Assembly: GCA_963676565.1 (NCBI GenBank)
Contig: OY781089.1
Location: forward strand, 2,688,001 to 2,752,000
DNA length: 64,000 bases
Direction of reading: 5' to 3'
From: Halarcobacter sp.
Lineage (GTDB): Bacteria; Campylobacterota; Campylobacteria; Campylobacterales; Arcobacteraceae
Shown: in pieces, positions 38,331 to 48,517 of the stretch
How positions within the stretch are numbered: position 1 is the stretch's first letter
How the letters are laid out: every line of letters begins with the position of its first letter
Translations under genes and position numbers: made by a program
The notes under the pieces: model-generated
Told to the model about the DNA's origin: nothing
Databases searched by the model: none
The model's input: the letters and a program-made list of their open reading frames with translations, nothing else

Positions 38331-39350
38331 ATGGAATATAGATATATAGGAACAAGTGGACTTAGAGTTACTCCAATTTGTTTAGGAACAATGACATTTG
38401 GAAGAATGGCAACAAAAGAAGAAGCTTTTAAAATCATGGATAAAGCATATGATGCTGGTATCAATTTTTTTGATAATGCAGAGATGTATCCCGTACCTCC
38501 ACGGGCTGATTTAGTTGGTTTATCTGAAGAGATTATGGGTGAATGGATGAAAAGTAAACCAAGAGAATCTTTAATTGTAGCAACTAAGGTTGCAGGTGCA
38601 GCTAATGGAAGATTTGCAGCTCCTGTTAGACATGGATTAACTGCTATTGATAGATTTCATATTGAAAGAGGAATTGAGGGAACTTTAAAAAGACTAAAAA
38701 CTGATTATATTGACCTTTACCAAGTTCACTGGCCAGATACAGTTGTACCATTAGAAGAATCAATGGAGGCAATGGATAGATTAGTTCAAGCAGGAAAAGT
38801 AAGATACATAGGAACTAGTAATGACTCAGCATATGGATTAACAAAAGCAAATGAAATTTCTAAATACAATAAACTAGCTAGATTTCAATCTATTCAAAAT
38901 AACTTCTCACTAAATGAGCCTAGATTTTTTGATGAATTAGCCCATGTTTGTAGAAAAGAAAAAATTTCACTTCTTCCTTATTCACCACTTGCAGGGGGAG
39001 TTTTAACTGGAAAATATCAAGATAGAACTTTGCCTGAAGGTTCTAGATTTAATGAATACAAAGCTTTAAATCTTCCAAGATTGGAAGCAATGAGAAATAG
39101 ATTTATAAATGAAAAAACTTTAAGTACTACAGAAAAATATATGCAAATCGCAAAAGAACATGGTATGAATGTTACAACTTTAGCAGCTGCTTGGAGTAAA
39201 CAATGGGATTTTGTTGCAAGTACAATTATTGGGGTTAGAACTGCCGAACAATTAGATGATATCTTACCAGCTTTAGAACTTACACTAAGTGATGAAATAA
39301 TGGATGCTTGTAAAAAGGTACAACAAGAGATTTTATATCCTATGGGATAA
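38331..39350 (+). CDS. aldo/keto reductase (Tas-like)
   Basis: ICLGTMTFG, DNAEMYPVP, DYIDLYQVHWP, YSPLAGGVLTGKY. Confidence 0.93.
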   Translation: MEYRYIGTSGLRVTPICLGTMTFGRMATKEEAFKIMDKAYDAGINFFDNAEMYPVPPRADLVGLSEEIMGEWMKSKPRESLIVATKVAGAANGRFAAPVRHGLTAIDRFHIERGIEGTLKRLKTDYIDLYQVHWPDTVVPLEESMEAMDRLVQAGKVRYIGTSNDSAYGLTKANEISKYNKLARFQSIQNNFSLNEPRFFDELAHVCRKEKISLLPYSPLAGGVLTGKYQDRTLPEGSRFNEYKALNLPRLEAMRNRFINEKTLSTTEKYMQIAKEHGMNVTTLAAAWSKQWDFVASTIIGVRTAEQLDDILPALELTLSDEIMDACKKVQQEILYPMG

Positions 39351-39353
39351 ATA

Positions 39354-39384
39354 AAAAAAGGATAGCATTAAGCTATCTTTTTTT
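39354..39384. terminator. bidirectional terminator
   Basis: A run-GATAGC-ATTAA-GCTATC-T run between convergent genes. Confidence 0.7.
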
Positions 39385-40201
39385 AATAGTGTTGAAGTAG
39401 TTTAATAGCTTCTGATGTTTCTTTTGCAGCTTCAATTAAAAGAGGTAATACTTTCTTCTTCAATGTTTCTGTATTTTTATAACTTAAATGGGAACCTATA
39501 TTCATAGCCCCTATCATCTTATTTTCTCTATTATAAATTGGTGCAGCAATTGAAAGAAGACCATCTTCAATCTCCTCTTCAACAATCTGATACCCTTGAT
39601 TTTTTTCATCTAATAACTTTTTATATAAAGTATCAGGGTCTTTTATACTTTTTGATGTGTACTCTTTATAAGGTAATTTCAAAAGATAATTATAAAGCTC
39701 TTTTTCATCCATATGAGACATAAATAATCTTCCTGTTGCAGTATATGCTGCTGGTAGTCTAGAACCAACATGGATACCCTCATTTAAAATTCTTGTTGCA
39801 GGTACTCTCATAATACAAATAACATTTTGTCCATCTAAAATTGAAATAGAACATGATAAGGTACACTCATCAACTACTCTTTTAATATTTTTATATGCAA
39901 TATCTGTCCATGGTAGAGAAGCAAAATAACTATATCCTAACTCTATTACTTTAGGAGTTAAAGAAAAAAAGTTATCATTGTGAGAAACATAACCTAAAGA
40001 TTCCAAAGTTAAAAGAAGTCTTCTAGCACTAGCTCTGGTTATATCAACTTTCTTTGCAACATCAGAAAGGGTCATATTCGTATTTTCGTGATCAAAAGCT
40101 TTTATTACACTAAGACCTTTAATAAAAGCTGTTACTATCTCTTTATTATCAATTTCATTTTCTACTTTTGAAGTCATAACTTTATTTTTTTTCCTTGGCA
40201 A
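39383..40201 (-). CDS. IclR family regulator of the PcaR/PobR/PcaU type
   Basis: KGLSVIKAF...TLSDVA...TRASARRLLLTL, GSRLPAAYTATGR. Confidence 0.92.
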   Translation of the reverse strand: MPRKKNKVMTSKVENEIDNKEIVTAFIKGLSVIKAFDHENTNMTLSDVAKKVDITRASARRLLLTLESLGYVSHNDNFFSLTPKVIELGYSYFASLPWTDIAYKNIKRVVDECTLSCSISILDGQNVICIMRVPATRILNEGIHVGSRLPAAYTATGRLFMSHMDEKELYNYLLKLPYKEYTSKSIKDPDTLYKKLLDEKNQGYQIVEEEIEDGLLSIAAPIYNRENKMIGAMNIGSHLSYKNTETLKKKVLPLLIEAAKETSEAIKLLQHY

Positions 40202-41066
40202 TTAAAATTCCTCCTGAAATAATAGCTAAAATTCCTATGATTCCCAAATAGCTTGGGAAATCGTCACCTAAAATAAGTCCAATTATCAATGAAAATATGA
40301 TTACAGAATAACCTGTAGCTCCTACAATACCAGCTCGAGTAACTCCATATGCTTTAGTCATATATATCTGCCCTACTGATGCGGTAAATCCAATACCACC
40401 AATTAAAACCCACTCAAAAGTGTTTGGTAATACAAACTCTCCCATCATAAAATCAAAAAATTCACTGTGGTAATTTATTGATAATAACATAGAAGCCAAA
40501 GGAACAATTGAACCTATACCCATAAAACTTAAAACAATCACTCTAGTATCATAATATTTTCTAAGTTCTCTAATACTTGTAAAAGCTAAAGCAGCACATA
40601 CAGCATTTAAAATACCAAAGATATGTGCCTTTTCAAAAACCATTCCATCAGGATTCATAACCATAAACATACCACTAAATCCCAATAATATAGCAAGCCA
40701 ACCTTTGGGTCCAATTTTTTCTTTTAAAAACCACATGGCAAAGATTGCCGTAAAAAGAGGAGACATTCTAGAATATGTAACAGCATCAGCCAGTGAAATA
40801 TTTGCAATATTATAAAAGAAACTCAACATGGCAATAAGACCAATAGCAGCTCTAAAAAATAGTAAAAATGGCTTTCCCCCAGTTTGTTTTAAAGGTGATT
40901 TAAAAAATGTTAACAGTACAATACAAATACCAATAAAATTTCTAAAAAAAACTATCTCAATTGTGGGTAGACTTTCTGCTAAAACTTTAGCCATAGCACT
41001 CATTAAAGCTAAACAAATTGAAGATATCAACATAAATAATACACCTTGATTTATTTGTCTAAGCAC
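40182..41066 (-). CDS. DMT/EamA family transporter
   Basis: EIVFFRN, FLKEKIG, GQIYMTKAY; about 10 TM. Confidence 0.9.
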   Translation of the reverse strand: MLRQINQGVLFMLISSICLALMSAMAKVLAESLPTIEIVFFRNFIGICIVLLTFFKSPLKQTGGKPFLLFFRAAIGLIAMLSFFYNIANISLADAVTYSRMSPLFTAIFAMWFLKEKIGPKGWLAILLGFSGMFMVMNPDGMVFEKAHIFGILNAVCAALAFTSIRELRKYYDTRVIVLSFMGIGSIVPLASMLLSINYHSEFFDFMMGEFVLPNTFEWVLIGGIGFTASVGQIYMTKAYGVTRAGIVGATGYSVIIFSLIIGLILGDDFPSYLGIIGILAIISGGILIAKEKK

Positions 41067-41162
41067 TGAGAAACCTTTTATATTTTTAGGAATTATATTT
41101 GTTTTTTACTTAATATGTTATTATTACGCACAAAAGTTCGTTTTTATATAAAAAGGTTACAA

Positions 41163-41594
41163 ATGGAAATATGGAAAAAAAATCTTACAGTGGATGAAAT
41201 AAATGAATTCAGTAAAAATACTGCTGCTGAAAGTTTAGGGATTATAATCACTAATTTGACAAAAAATAGTTTAGAAGGACAAATGCCAGTTAATGAGAAA
41301 ACTTGCCAACCTAGAGGTCTTTTACATGGAGGTGCATCAGCACTAATGATTGAGACTTTAGGAAGTCTAGCTGGATATTTAGCCGCACCCAAAGATGATG
41401 CGATTGTTGGCATGGAAATAAATGCAAACCATATTACAGGGGTAAAAAAAGGAAACTTTGTAAAAGGGATTGCAACGCCTTTACATATAGGTAAAACAAC
41501 TCATGTATGGGAAGTTAAGATTTATGAAAATGACACAAATAAACTTGCTTGTGCGGGAAGAATAACCCTTGCAGTGATAAAAGAAAAGATATAA
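41163..41594 (+). CDS. hotdog-fold thioesterase (MenI/EntH-like; start moved to MEIWKK)
   Basis: QPRGLLHGGAS..IETLGS, VGMEINANH; AAAGG RBS. Confidence 0.9.
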   Translation: MEIWKKNLTVDEINEFSKNTAAESLGIIITNLTKNSLEGQMPVNEKTCQPRGLLHGGASALMIETLGSLAGYLAAPKDDAIVGMEINANHITGVKKGNFVKGIATPLHIGKTTHVWEVKIYENDTNKLACAGRITLAVIKEKI

Positions 41595-41601
41595 AGAAAA
41601 T

Positions 41602-42759
41602 CTAATTTTCTTTATATCTTCCTAATATTAAAAAAGAACTTAATGTTAAGACCAAAATACTTATTGCTAATATAAAAAAATCTTCACTTTTAAAACTTAA
41701 TACAATAGCAGAAACAAAAGATGCCATTCCAAATTGAAGAACACCTGCAACAGAAGAGGCAACACCTGCATTTTTAGAAAAAGAGTTCATAGCTAAAGCC
41801 AAAGAATTACCAAAAATAAATGCCATTAAACCAGTATAACTTATCAAGTAAACCATTGTTTCTATTAAAGTTATATCTTTATAATTTAATAAAAAAAGTA
41901 TACAAATAAAAGTTTGAATTAAAAGTGTTATTTTCATAATTTTTAAAATCTCAAAATGTTTTAATAATGTGATATTAAATTTTGTTAATAACATCAGTGC
42001 TACAAAATGAGAACTAAAATAAAAAGGAAAAAAATCTGTTGAAATACCAAAAGATTCTATATAAATAAAAGATGCCTTTGATATAAAAACAAAAATACCT
42101 GAAAAACTTAATCCCAATACAAACATAGAAATCATGGCTTTTTTGTTAGATAAAACTAAATAAAATGAATTCAAAATATTTTGTTTTTCATTGCTTTTTG
42201 TATTATCTAAATATTTTTGAACGATAAATAAAATGATAAGAGGATATATTGTTAAAAATATAAAAACTCCTTTCCATGGAAAGAAATGGATTATAAAAGC
42301 GCCAATAGCTGGTGCAATTAAAGGAGCTACACTTCTAACTGTACCTATTATTGAAAAAACTTTTGCTGCTTCATTCCCTTTAAACTTATCCCTTACAACG
42401 GCTGAAGAATTTACTAAAACAATACCACCAAAAAATGACTCAAAAAATCTATAAATCCAAATTTCATAAATTGAATGACTAAATATGATTAAGAGACTAA
42501 AAAAAGAGAATCCTATTAAACCATAAATAGAACTACTTCTTCTTCCATAATTATCTGAAATTACTCCACCAAAAATTTGTCCAACTGATAAGCCTATTAA
42601 GAAAATAGCTAAAGATAGTTCAACTTCTTCAAGTGACACACCATATGTGGAAGCAATATCTGGGATAGAAGGGATATATGTATCAATCCCCATTGGACCT
42701 AGTGAGGCTAAGAGTGCTAATAATATAGCTAAATTAACATGATTTGATAACTTAAACAA
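41602..42759 (-). CDS. Bcr/CflA (DHA1) MFS efflux transporter
   Basis: DTYIPSIP, GQIFGGVISDNYGRR, NAGVASS. Confidence 0.9.
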   Translation of the reverse strand: MFKLSNHVNLAILLALLASLGPMGIDTYIPSIPDIASTYGVSLEEVELSLAIFLIGLSVGQIFGGVISDNYGRRSSSIYGLIGFSFFSLLIIFSHSIYEIWIYRFFESFFGGIVLVNSSAVVRDKFKGNEAAKVFSIIGTVRSVAPLIAPAIGAFIIHFFPWKGVFIFLTIYPLIILFIVQKYLDNTKSNEKQNILNSFYLVLSNKKAMISMFVLGLSFSGIFVFISKASFIYIESFGISTDFFPFYFSSHFVALMLLTKFNITLLKHFEILKIMKITLLIQTFICILFLLNYKDITLIETMVYLISYTGLMAFIFGNSLALAMNSFSKNAGVASSVAGVLQFGMASFVSAIVLSFKSEDFFILAISILVLTLSSFLILGRYKEN

Positions 42760-42927
42760 GATTTACTGCTTTAAGGAAGTTAGCATTTTTATAAAAATAA
42801 TGCAATTACAATATTTAATAAAAATGCTTGAATATAACTTTTTTAGGAAATATATTAGCCTAAATAAAGCTAATAATTTCCGCCTATGTAATAACTCACT
42901 TCCACTCAAAAGATATTCCTATTTTAA

Positions 42928-45063
42928 TTAATCTAAAACAATTAATGCATCAAGAGCAAAAACACCTTTAGCTTTTGCAACTAAAGGATTAATCTCTACT
43001 TCAGAAATTCTTTCATTTGATACAATCAAATCAGCAATTTTAGTTACTGTTTTTGCAATTGCCTTGATATCTACAGCTTCAGTACCCCTTGCACCTTTCA
43101 ATAATGCTGCAGATTTTAAAGAAGAGATTTCATCAACGATTGCATCAACACCTAAGTCAGGAGTGATTAAACATACATCTTTTAAAACTTCTATCCAAAT
43201 ACCTCCAAGACCAACAAGAACTACTACACCCCATTGTTCATCTCTTCTAGCACCAATTACAATTTCAGCACCTAAATTAGCCATACCTTCAATTAAAATA
43301 CCATCTAATTTAATTCCAGTAGATTCAATACTTGTCATCATTTTATTAAAAGCAACTCTTAATTCATCATCACTTTTAATATTTAACACTACACCACCAG
43401 CATCAGTTTTATGTGCTAATTGTGCAGATTGAGCTTTTAAAACTACAGGATATGACAATTCATTTGCAATTTTGATAGCTTCATCTTCATCTTTTGCTAA
43501 AGCACCTTTTGGAATAGGAATATCAAGTTTTTCTAAAATCTCTTTTGACTTATACTCAGGTACATTTCCTGAATCAAGTTGCGAAATCATATCAATCTTA
43601 ATAATTTCATTTTCCCTTCTTTGTTTAGCTTTATTTCTACAAAGTTTATTAACATTTGATAAGGCTTTCACTGCACTTTCCATTGATTTACCTAATACTA
43701 CACCATTATCTCGAGCTAATGTCATAAACTCTGGCTCATAAACATTTGATTCATCTAAAGGTACATAAATAGCAGGTTTTTCAGGATGTTTTTTCATACT
43801 ATCAATGAAACCATTTAAAAATATACTTTTTGTACCAATATCTTGGTCAGTTGGTAAAACAACTAAGGTAGAACCAATCTTAGGTTCAGTTAATAAAAGA
43901 TCTAGCCCTTTACCAACAAGTTCAGGATCACGTGCAGCTTCAACACCTACATCAAATGGGTTTCTAGCAGGTAAATATTCAGGAATAATATCTTTTAGTT
44001 TTTCTTCAATATCACTTGATAATGCAGCCATAACTAAATTACAATCTTCAAATTGGTCAGTTGCAATTGCGCATACAGCCCCTGAATGTGTCAATAAACC
44101 AACTTCTCCACTTACTGGTTTTGGAAATCTAAGTAATAATTCACTTAAAGTAATTAATTCATCTAAAGAATTAACCATAGCAACACCAGCGTTAAGAAGT
44201 TTTGTTTCCATTAGAGTATAATCACCTGTTAAAGAACCAGTATGTGATTGAGTAATACTTCTTGAAGCTTCACTTCTTCCTGAATGCATTAAAATTACAT
44301 TTTTATTAACAGCGTTTGCTCTTTTAACAGCAGATAGTAAATTTTGTGGATTTTTAATCTCTTCAGCATATATTGCAATTGCTCCTGTATATTCATCTTC
44401 AACAAAGAAATCAATTAAATCAGATAATTCAATATCTGCTTGATTTCCAATTGTTACAGAATAACTTGTAGGAACTGCTCTTTTACCCAATGATTGACCA
44501 ATAAATAAACCAATTCCACCACTTTGAGTAATAATTGCAACTCCTTTTGAACCATTTTTATCAAATGGAACTTGCTTTGGCAAATCAATTAATACAAGAT
44601 GAAAATTGTCAACATAATTAAAATAACCAATACAATTTGGTCCAACTAATCTAATGTTGTTTTCATGGGCATATTTTCCAATTTTATCCTGTAAAGCGTG
44701 ACCTTCCTCACCTAATTCTGCAAAACCAGCACTCATACAAACAACCGTTTTAACATCAATAGTTTTCAAATCAACTATTGCATCATATACACTTGCTGCA
44801 GGGATTGCTAAAATTCCTAAATCAATACCTTTTGGTAAGTCATTAAGATCTGTCTTAATTTCAATACCATCAATATCTGCCTTGTTTCTACCAAGTAAAT
44901 TTATCTCACCTTCATAACCATTTAGTTTTAAAGTTTTGATAATATTTCTTGCACTAGAACTAGGTTTTGCAGAGGCTCCTAAGATTACAACTGATTTTGG
45001 ATTCAATAATGAAGAGATAGATTCAACTGTCTCTTCATTAGTTCTTTTTATTGCTTTATTCAA
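42928..45063 (-). CDS. fcs: NDP-forming acyl-CoA synthetase (fused alpha/beta), probable feruloyl/coumaroyl-CoA synthetase
   Basis: LLNPKSVVILGAS, GPNCIG, QSGG, SHTGSL, HKTDAGGV, EINPL; in an operon with ech and vdh. Confidence 0.8.
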   Translation of the reverse strand: MNKAIKRTNEETVESISSLLNPKSVVILGASAKPSSSARNIIKTLKLNGYEGEINLLGRNKADIDGIEIKTDLNDLPKGIDLGILAIPAASVYDAIVDLKTIDVKTVVCMSAGFAELGEEGHALQDKIGKYAHENNIRLVGPNCIGYFNYVDNFHLVLIDLPKQVPFDKNGSKGVAIITQSGGIGLFIGQSLGKRAVPTSYSVTIGNQADIELSDLIDFFVEDEYTGAIAIYAEEIKNPQNLLSAVKRANAVNKNVILMHSGRSEASRSITQSHTGSLTGDYTLMETKLLNAGVAMVNSLDELITLSELLLRFPKPVSGEVGLLTHSGAVCAIATDQFEDCNLVMAALSSDIEEKLKDIIPEYLPARNPFDVGVEAARDPELVGKGLDLLLTEPKIGSTLVVLPTDQDIGTKSIFLNGFIDSMKKHPEKPAIYVPLDESNVYEPEFMTLARDNGVVLGKSMESAVKALSNVNKLCRNKAKQRRENEIIKIDMISQLDSGNVPEYKSKEILEKLDIPIPKGALAKDEDEAIKIANELSYPVVLKAQSAQLAHKTDAGGVVLNIKSDDELRVAFNKMMTSIESTGIKLDGILIEGMANLGAEIVIGARRDEQWGVVVLVGLGGIWIEVLKDVCLITPDLGVDAIVDEISSLKSAALLKGARGTEAVDIKAIAKTVTKIADLIVSNERISEVEINPLVAKAKGVFALDALIVLD

Positions 45064-45084
45064 TTTAAAAACCTTGATTCTAAA

Positions 45085-46533
45085 TTAAAATGGATAATGG
45101 TGATTACCTAAAGCTTCAACAGTAACCCATTTAAGTTCAGTCATCTCTTCAATAGAGAAGTGCCCACCTTCTCTACCCATACCACTATCTTTAATTCCAC
45201 CAAATGGAATATGAGCCTCATCCATAATTGTAGGTCCATTAATATGAACCATACCAGCTTCAATCTCTTCAGATAATTTTAAAGCATTACCAATATCATT
45301 AGTTATAACAGCAGAACTTAATCCATAGTTTGTCATATTTGCAACTTCAACTGCTTCTTCAACAGTTTTTACTTTAATAAGTGCTGCAACAGGACCAAAT
45401 GCTTCATCATGATAAACTTTCATCTCTTCTGTAACATAAGAGATTACTGTTGGCTCATAAAAACAACCAGAGTGAGAATTACCACATAAAACTTTTGCAC
45501 CCTTAGAAACTGCATCATTTACTAATCCATCAATAAAACTACATTGTGCTTCTTCAATTAATGGACCAACAACAGTTGTAGGTAAACTAGGATCAGAAGC
45601 TTTAATTCCAGAAATTTTAGCTGCAAATTTTTCAGCAAATTTATCAAAAATCTCTTCTTGAACAATGATTTTAGAACCAGCCATACAAATTTGACCTTGG
45701 TGCATAAAAATAGAAAATGCAGCAGTATCAACAGCATAGTCAACATCTGCATCATTTAAGATAATCATAGGAGACTTTCCACCAAGTTCAACTGTAAATT
45801 TTGTAAGATTTGCAGCTGCACTTGAAGCAATTAATTTACCAGTTGAAGTTGAACCTGTAAATGTAATCATCTTAACTCTTTTATCAGTTTGAAAAGTTTC
45901 ACCTAAAACTGAACTTGAACAAGGAATTACATTAAATACTCCATCAGGAAGTCCCGCTTCTTTAAATATCTCACCAAATACTAAACCTGTAATTGCAGTA
46001 TTTGAAGATGGTTTTAGTACAAAAGTATTACCAGCAGCAATTGCAAATGCAAACTTTTTAGATGATAAAATCATAGGTGCATTAAATGGAGCAATACCAG
46101 CAATAACACCTAATGGTCTTCTAATACTATAAGATAACATACCAGTTTCATTTGTAGCATGTGTATATCCTGCTACTCTTCTACATTCACCAGCAGCAAC
46201 TCTAAAGATATCAGCAACTAATCCAATTTCAAACATTGATTTACCAAAAGCAGAACCTGTTTCAGTAATTAAAATCTCTCTAATCTCCTCAGTTCTACTT
46301 TCAAAAATATCAGCAGCTTTTAATAAAATTGCTTCCCTTTCCCTTGGAGTAGTATTTGCCCAAGATTTTGATGCTTTATGAGCTGCATCAATTGCAGACT
46401 CAATATCCTCTTTACTTGCCATATGAACCTTAGCAAAAGCCTTACCTGTTGAAGGAGAGATATCATCAACTATAGTATTTGATGATGAAGGAACATCTTG
46501 ACCATTAATAAATAATTTATATTCTTTTTTCAT
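45085..46533 (-). CDS. vdh: aromatic aldehyde (vanillin-type) dehydrogenase
   Basis: FTGST, ELGGK, HQGQICM, EAFGP, PFGGIKDSG; operon context. Confidence 0.82.
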   Translation of the reverse strand: MKKEYKLFINGQDVPSSSNTIVDDISPSTGKAFAKVHMASKEDIESAIDAAHKASKSWANTTPREREAILLKAADIFESRTEEIREILITETGSAFGKSMFEIGLVADIFRVAAGECRRVAGYTHATNETGMLSYSIRRPLGVIAGIAPFNAPMILSSKKFAFAIAAGNTFVLKPSSNTAITGLVFGEIFKEAGLPDGVFNVIPCSSSVLGETFQTDKRVKMITFTGSTSTGKLIASSAAANLTKFTVELGGKSPMIILNDADVDYAVDTAAFSIFMHQGQICMAGSKIIVQEEIFDKFAEKFAAKISGIKASDPSLPTTVVGPLIEEAQCSFIDGLVNDAVSKGAKVLCGNSHSGCFYEPTVISYVTEEMKVYHDEAFGPVAALIKVKTVEEAVEVANMTNYGLSSAVITNDIGNALKLSEEIEAGMVHINGPTIMDEAHIPFGGIKDSGMGREGGHFSIEEMTELKWVTVEALGNHHYPF

Positions 46534-46543
46534 TTTTAATACC

Positions 46544-47575
46544 TTATTGTTTTGCTATAGATTCTTTAACTGCATCTACAATTTTTTGTCCATCGATACC
46601 TTTACCCTTCATTTCAGAAACCCATTTTTGAACAGTTCTTTCACCTGCTGCATCAAATTTTGCTGTTTCTTCTTCGCTTAAAGTAACGATTTCTCCACCT
46701 GATTTAACTTGTAAAGCTTTTCCAATTGCTTCAAAATCATCTGCTAATTTTGCAAATTTAGCAATTTGTTTTTTTCCTGTTGTAGCAGCTAAAACATCTT
46801 TTAACTCTTGAGATAAGCTATTATATTTTTCTTTATTCATTAGTAGTAAAAGTACAGAACCACCAAATCCTCCACCACCTTTGATTTCAGTAGTGTATTT
46901 AGTTAATTGTTGAAACTTAAATGCTGGGAAAATTTCCATTGGTAAAGCTGCACCATCAACTGCACCTTTAGATAAAGCTTGAGGAGCCGCAGGTAAAGGC
47001 ATACCAACTGGTTCTGCACCTAACTCTTGAATATACCAAGCACCCGTTCTAGATGGAGATCTTAATTTTAATCCCTTAACTGCATCTATTGAATCAACTT
47101 TTTTGCTAACTGTACTTAATTGATAAGGCCCAGCCATTGCAATTACAAGTGGATGTACATCCGTATAGTCATCTTTTAATAAATCAAAATTTTCTTTTGC
47201 TGCTAGAGCTGTTTTTAAACTTGAGTTTGTATGTACAGTTGGCAGTTCTAAAACTTCAGTTCTAGGGAAAACACCTGGAGTATAACCTGCAACTGTGTAA
47301 ACTATGTCAGCGACACCATCTCTTGCTTGTTTATATAATTCATTTGGTTTACCACCCATACTCATAGATGGAAACATTTCAATTTTAATTTTACCTTTTG
47401 AAAGTTTTTCAACTTCAGCTGCCCATGGCTCTAAAAGCTTAGCATAAGGTGGTGCTTTTGGACTTAAAAATGTATGCATTGTAAGCACTACTTCTTTTTC
47501 TGCACCCCATAATGAGCTTACTAATAACATTGATCCAGCTAAACCTAGTGTTGCTTTTTTAACTAACTTATTCAT
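46544..47575 (-). CDS. dctP: TRAP transporter substrate-binding protein
   Basis: Signal peptide, KIEMFP, DG.ADI, YTPGVFP, GLKLRSP. Confidence 0.9.
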   Translation of the reverse strand: MNKLVKKATLGLAGSMLLVSSLWGAEKEVVLTMHTFLSPKAPPYAKLLEPWAAEVEKLSKGKIKIEMFPSMSMGGKPNELYKQARDGVADIVYTVAGYTPGVFPRTEVLELPTVHTNSSLKTALAAKENFDLLKDDYTDVHPLVIAMAGPYQLSTVSKKVDSIDAVKGLKLRSPSRTGAWYIQELGAEPVGMPLPAAPQALSKGAVDGAALPMEIFPAFKFQQLTKYTTEIKGGGGFGGSVLLLLMNKEKYNSLSQELKDVLAATTGKKQIAKFAKLADDFEAIGKALQVKSGGEIVTLSEEETAKFDAAGERTVQKWVSEMKGKGIDGQKIVDAVKESIAKQ

Positions 47576-47658
47576 AATTGTCTTTCCCTTTTGTAATATA
47601 TTTACCTACTGATTATAACGTCCCACCATAGCAAATAAATAACATCAATAACAATTTT

Positions 47659-48486
47659 TTATCTTTCGATATCTTTGTTATAAGCACCTAAACCTGGCTT
47701 ATAAGTTTTCTCATAAATAAATTGTTTAATTCCTTCTTTTCTACCTGTATCATCAAAGTAGTTTGCAGCTTCTTGAGCTTTTACTAAATACTCTTCAGCA
47801 TTTTGATATGTCATTTCAGAAACTTTTCTAACTGCTTGTTTAGTAGCATGTAAAGCAACAGGATTTTTCTCTTTTAATACATTACAAACTTCAATAACTC
47901 TGTCTTTTAGTTTATCTGCATCGCAAGCTTCATTTACTAATCCCCATTGAGCAGCTTTTTCACCATCTACATTTTCACCCATCATTGAATGGTACATAGC
48001 ATCTCTAAAACTTAATAATTCAACTGCAACTTTAGTAGCACCTCCACCTGGTAAAATTCCCCAGTTAATTTCAGATAATCCAAATTGTGCATCTTTAGAT
48101 GCAAATGCTAAATCACAAGCGAATAATGGTCCATAAGCACCACCAAAACACCATCCATTTACCATTGCAATTGTTGGTTTATAGAAATCTCTTAGTCTTT
48201 TCCACCATCCATAAGCTTCTCTTTGAGCTTGTCTAATTGCACCTAAACCTTTTGCTTCATTTTCAACAAAGTACTCTTTTAAGTCCATACCTGCACTAAA
48301 TGCTGTACCTTCACCTGTTAAAACAAGAACAGAAACATCTTCTCTATATTCTAATTCATCAAGAATCTCCATCATTCTTCTATTAACAGCTGGACTCATA
48401 CAATTTCTTTTTTCTGGTCTATTATAAGAAACCCATGCAATTCCATCTACTACTTCGTACTTTACAACATCTTTTTCACTACTCAT
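47659..48486 (-). CDS. ech: p-hydroxycinnamoyl-CoA hydratase/lyase
   Basis: NRPEKRN, AGMDLKEYF, MVNGWCFGG, FGLSEINWGI, KTYKPGLGAY typical of HCHL/Ech. Confidence 0.95.
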   Translation of the reverse strand: MSSEKDVVKYEVVDGIAWVSYNRPEKRNCMSPAVNRRMMEILDELEYREDVSVLVLTGEGTAFSAGMDLKEYFVENEAKGLGAIRQAQREAYGWWKRLRDFYKPTIAMVNGWCFGGAYGPLFACDLAFASKDAQFGLSEINWGILPGGGATKVAVELLSFRDAMYHSMMGENVDGEKAAQWGLVNEACDADKLKDRVIEVCNVLKEKNPVALHATKQAVRKVSEMTYQNAEEYLVKAQEAANYFDDTGRKEGIKQFIYEKTYKPGLGAYNKDIER

Positions 48487-48517
48487 CTATTTTTCCTTTT
48501 ATTAATTTGTTTTTTAT

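Noticed and set aside
47600..47660. Shared AATTGTTA...CGTTATA(A/C)T layout at both dctP promoters as an AraC site
   Set aside because: The spacing differs (31 vs 33 nt) and the motif is too AT-rich to be convincing
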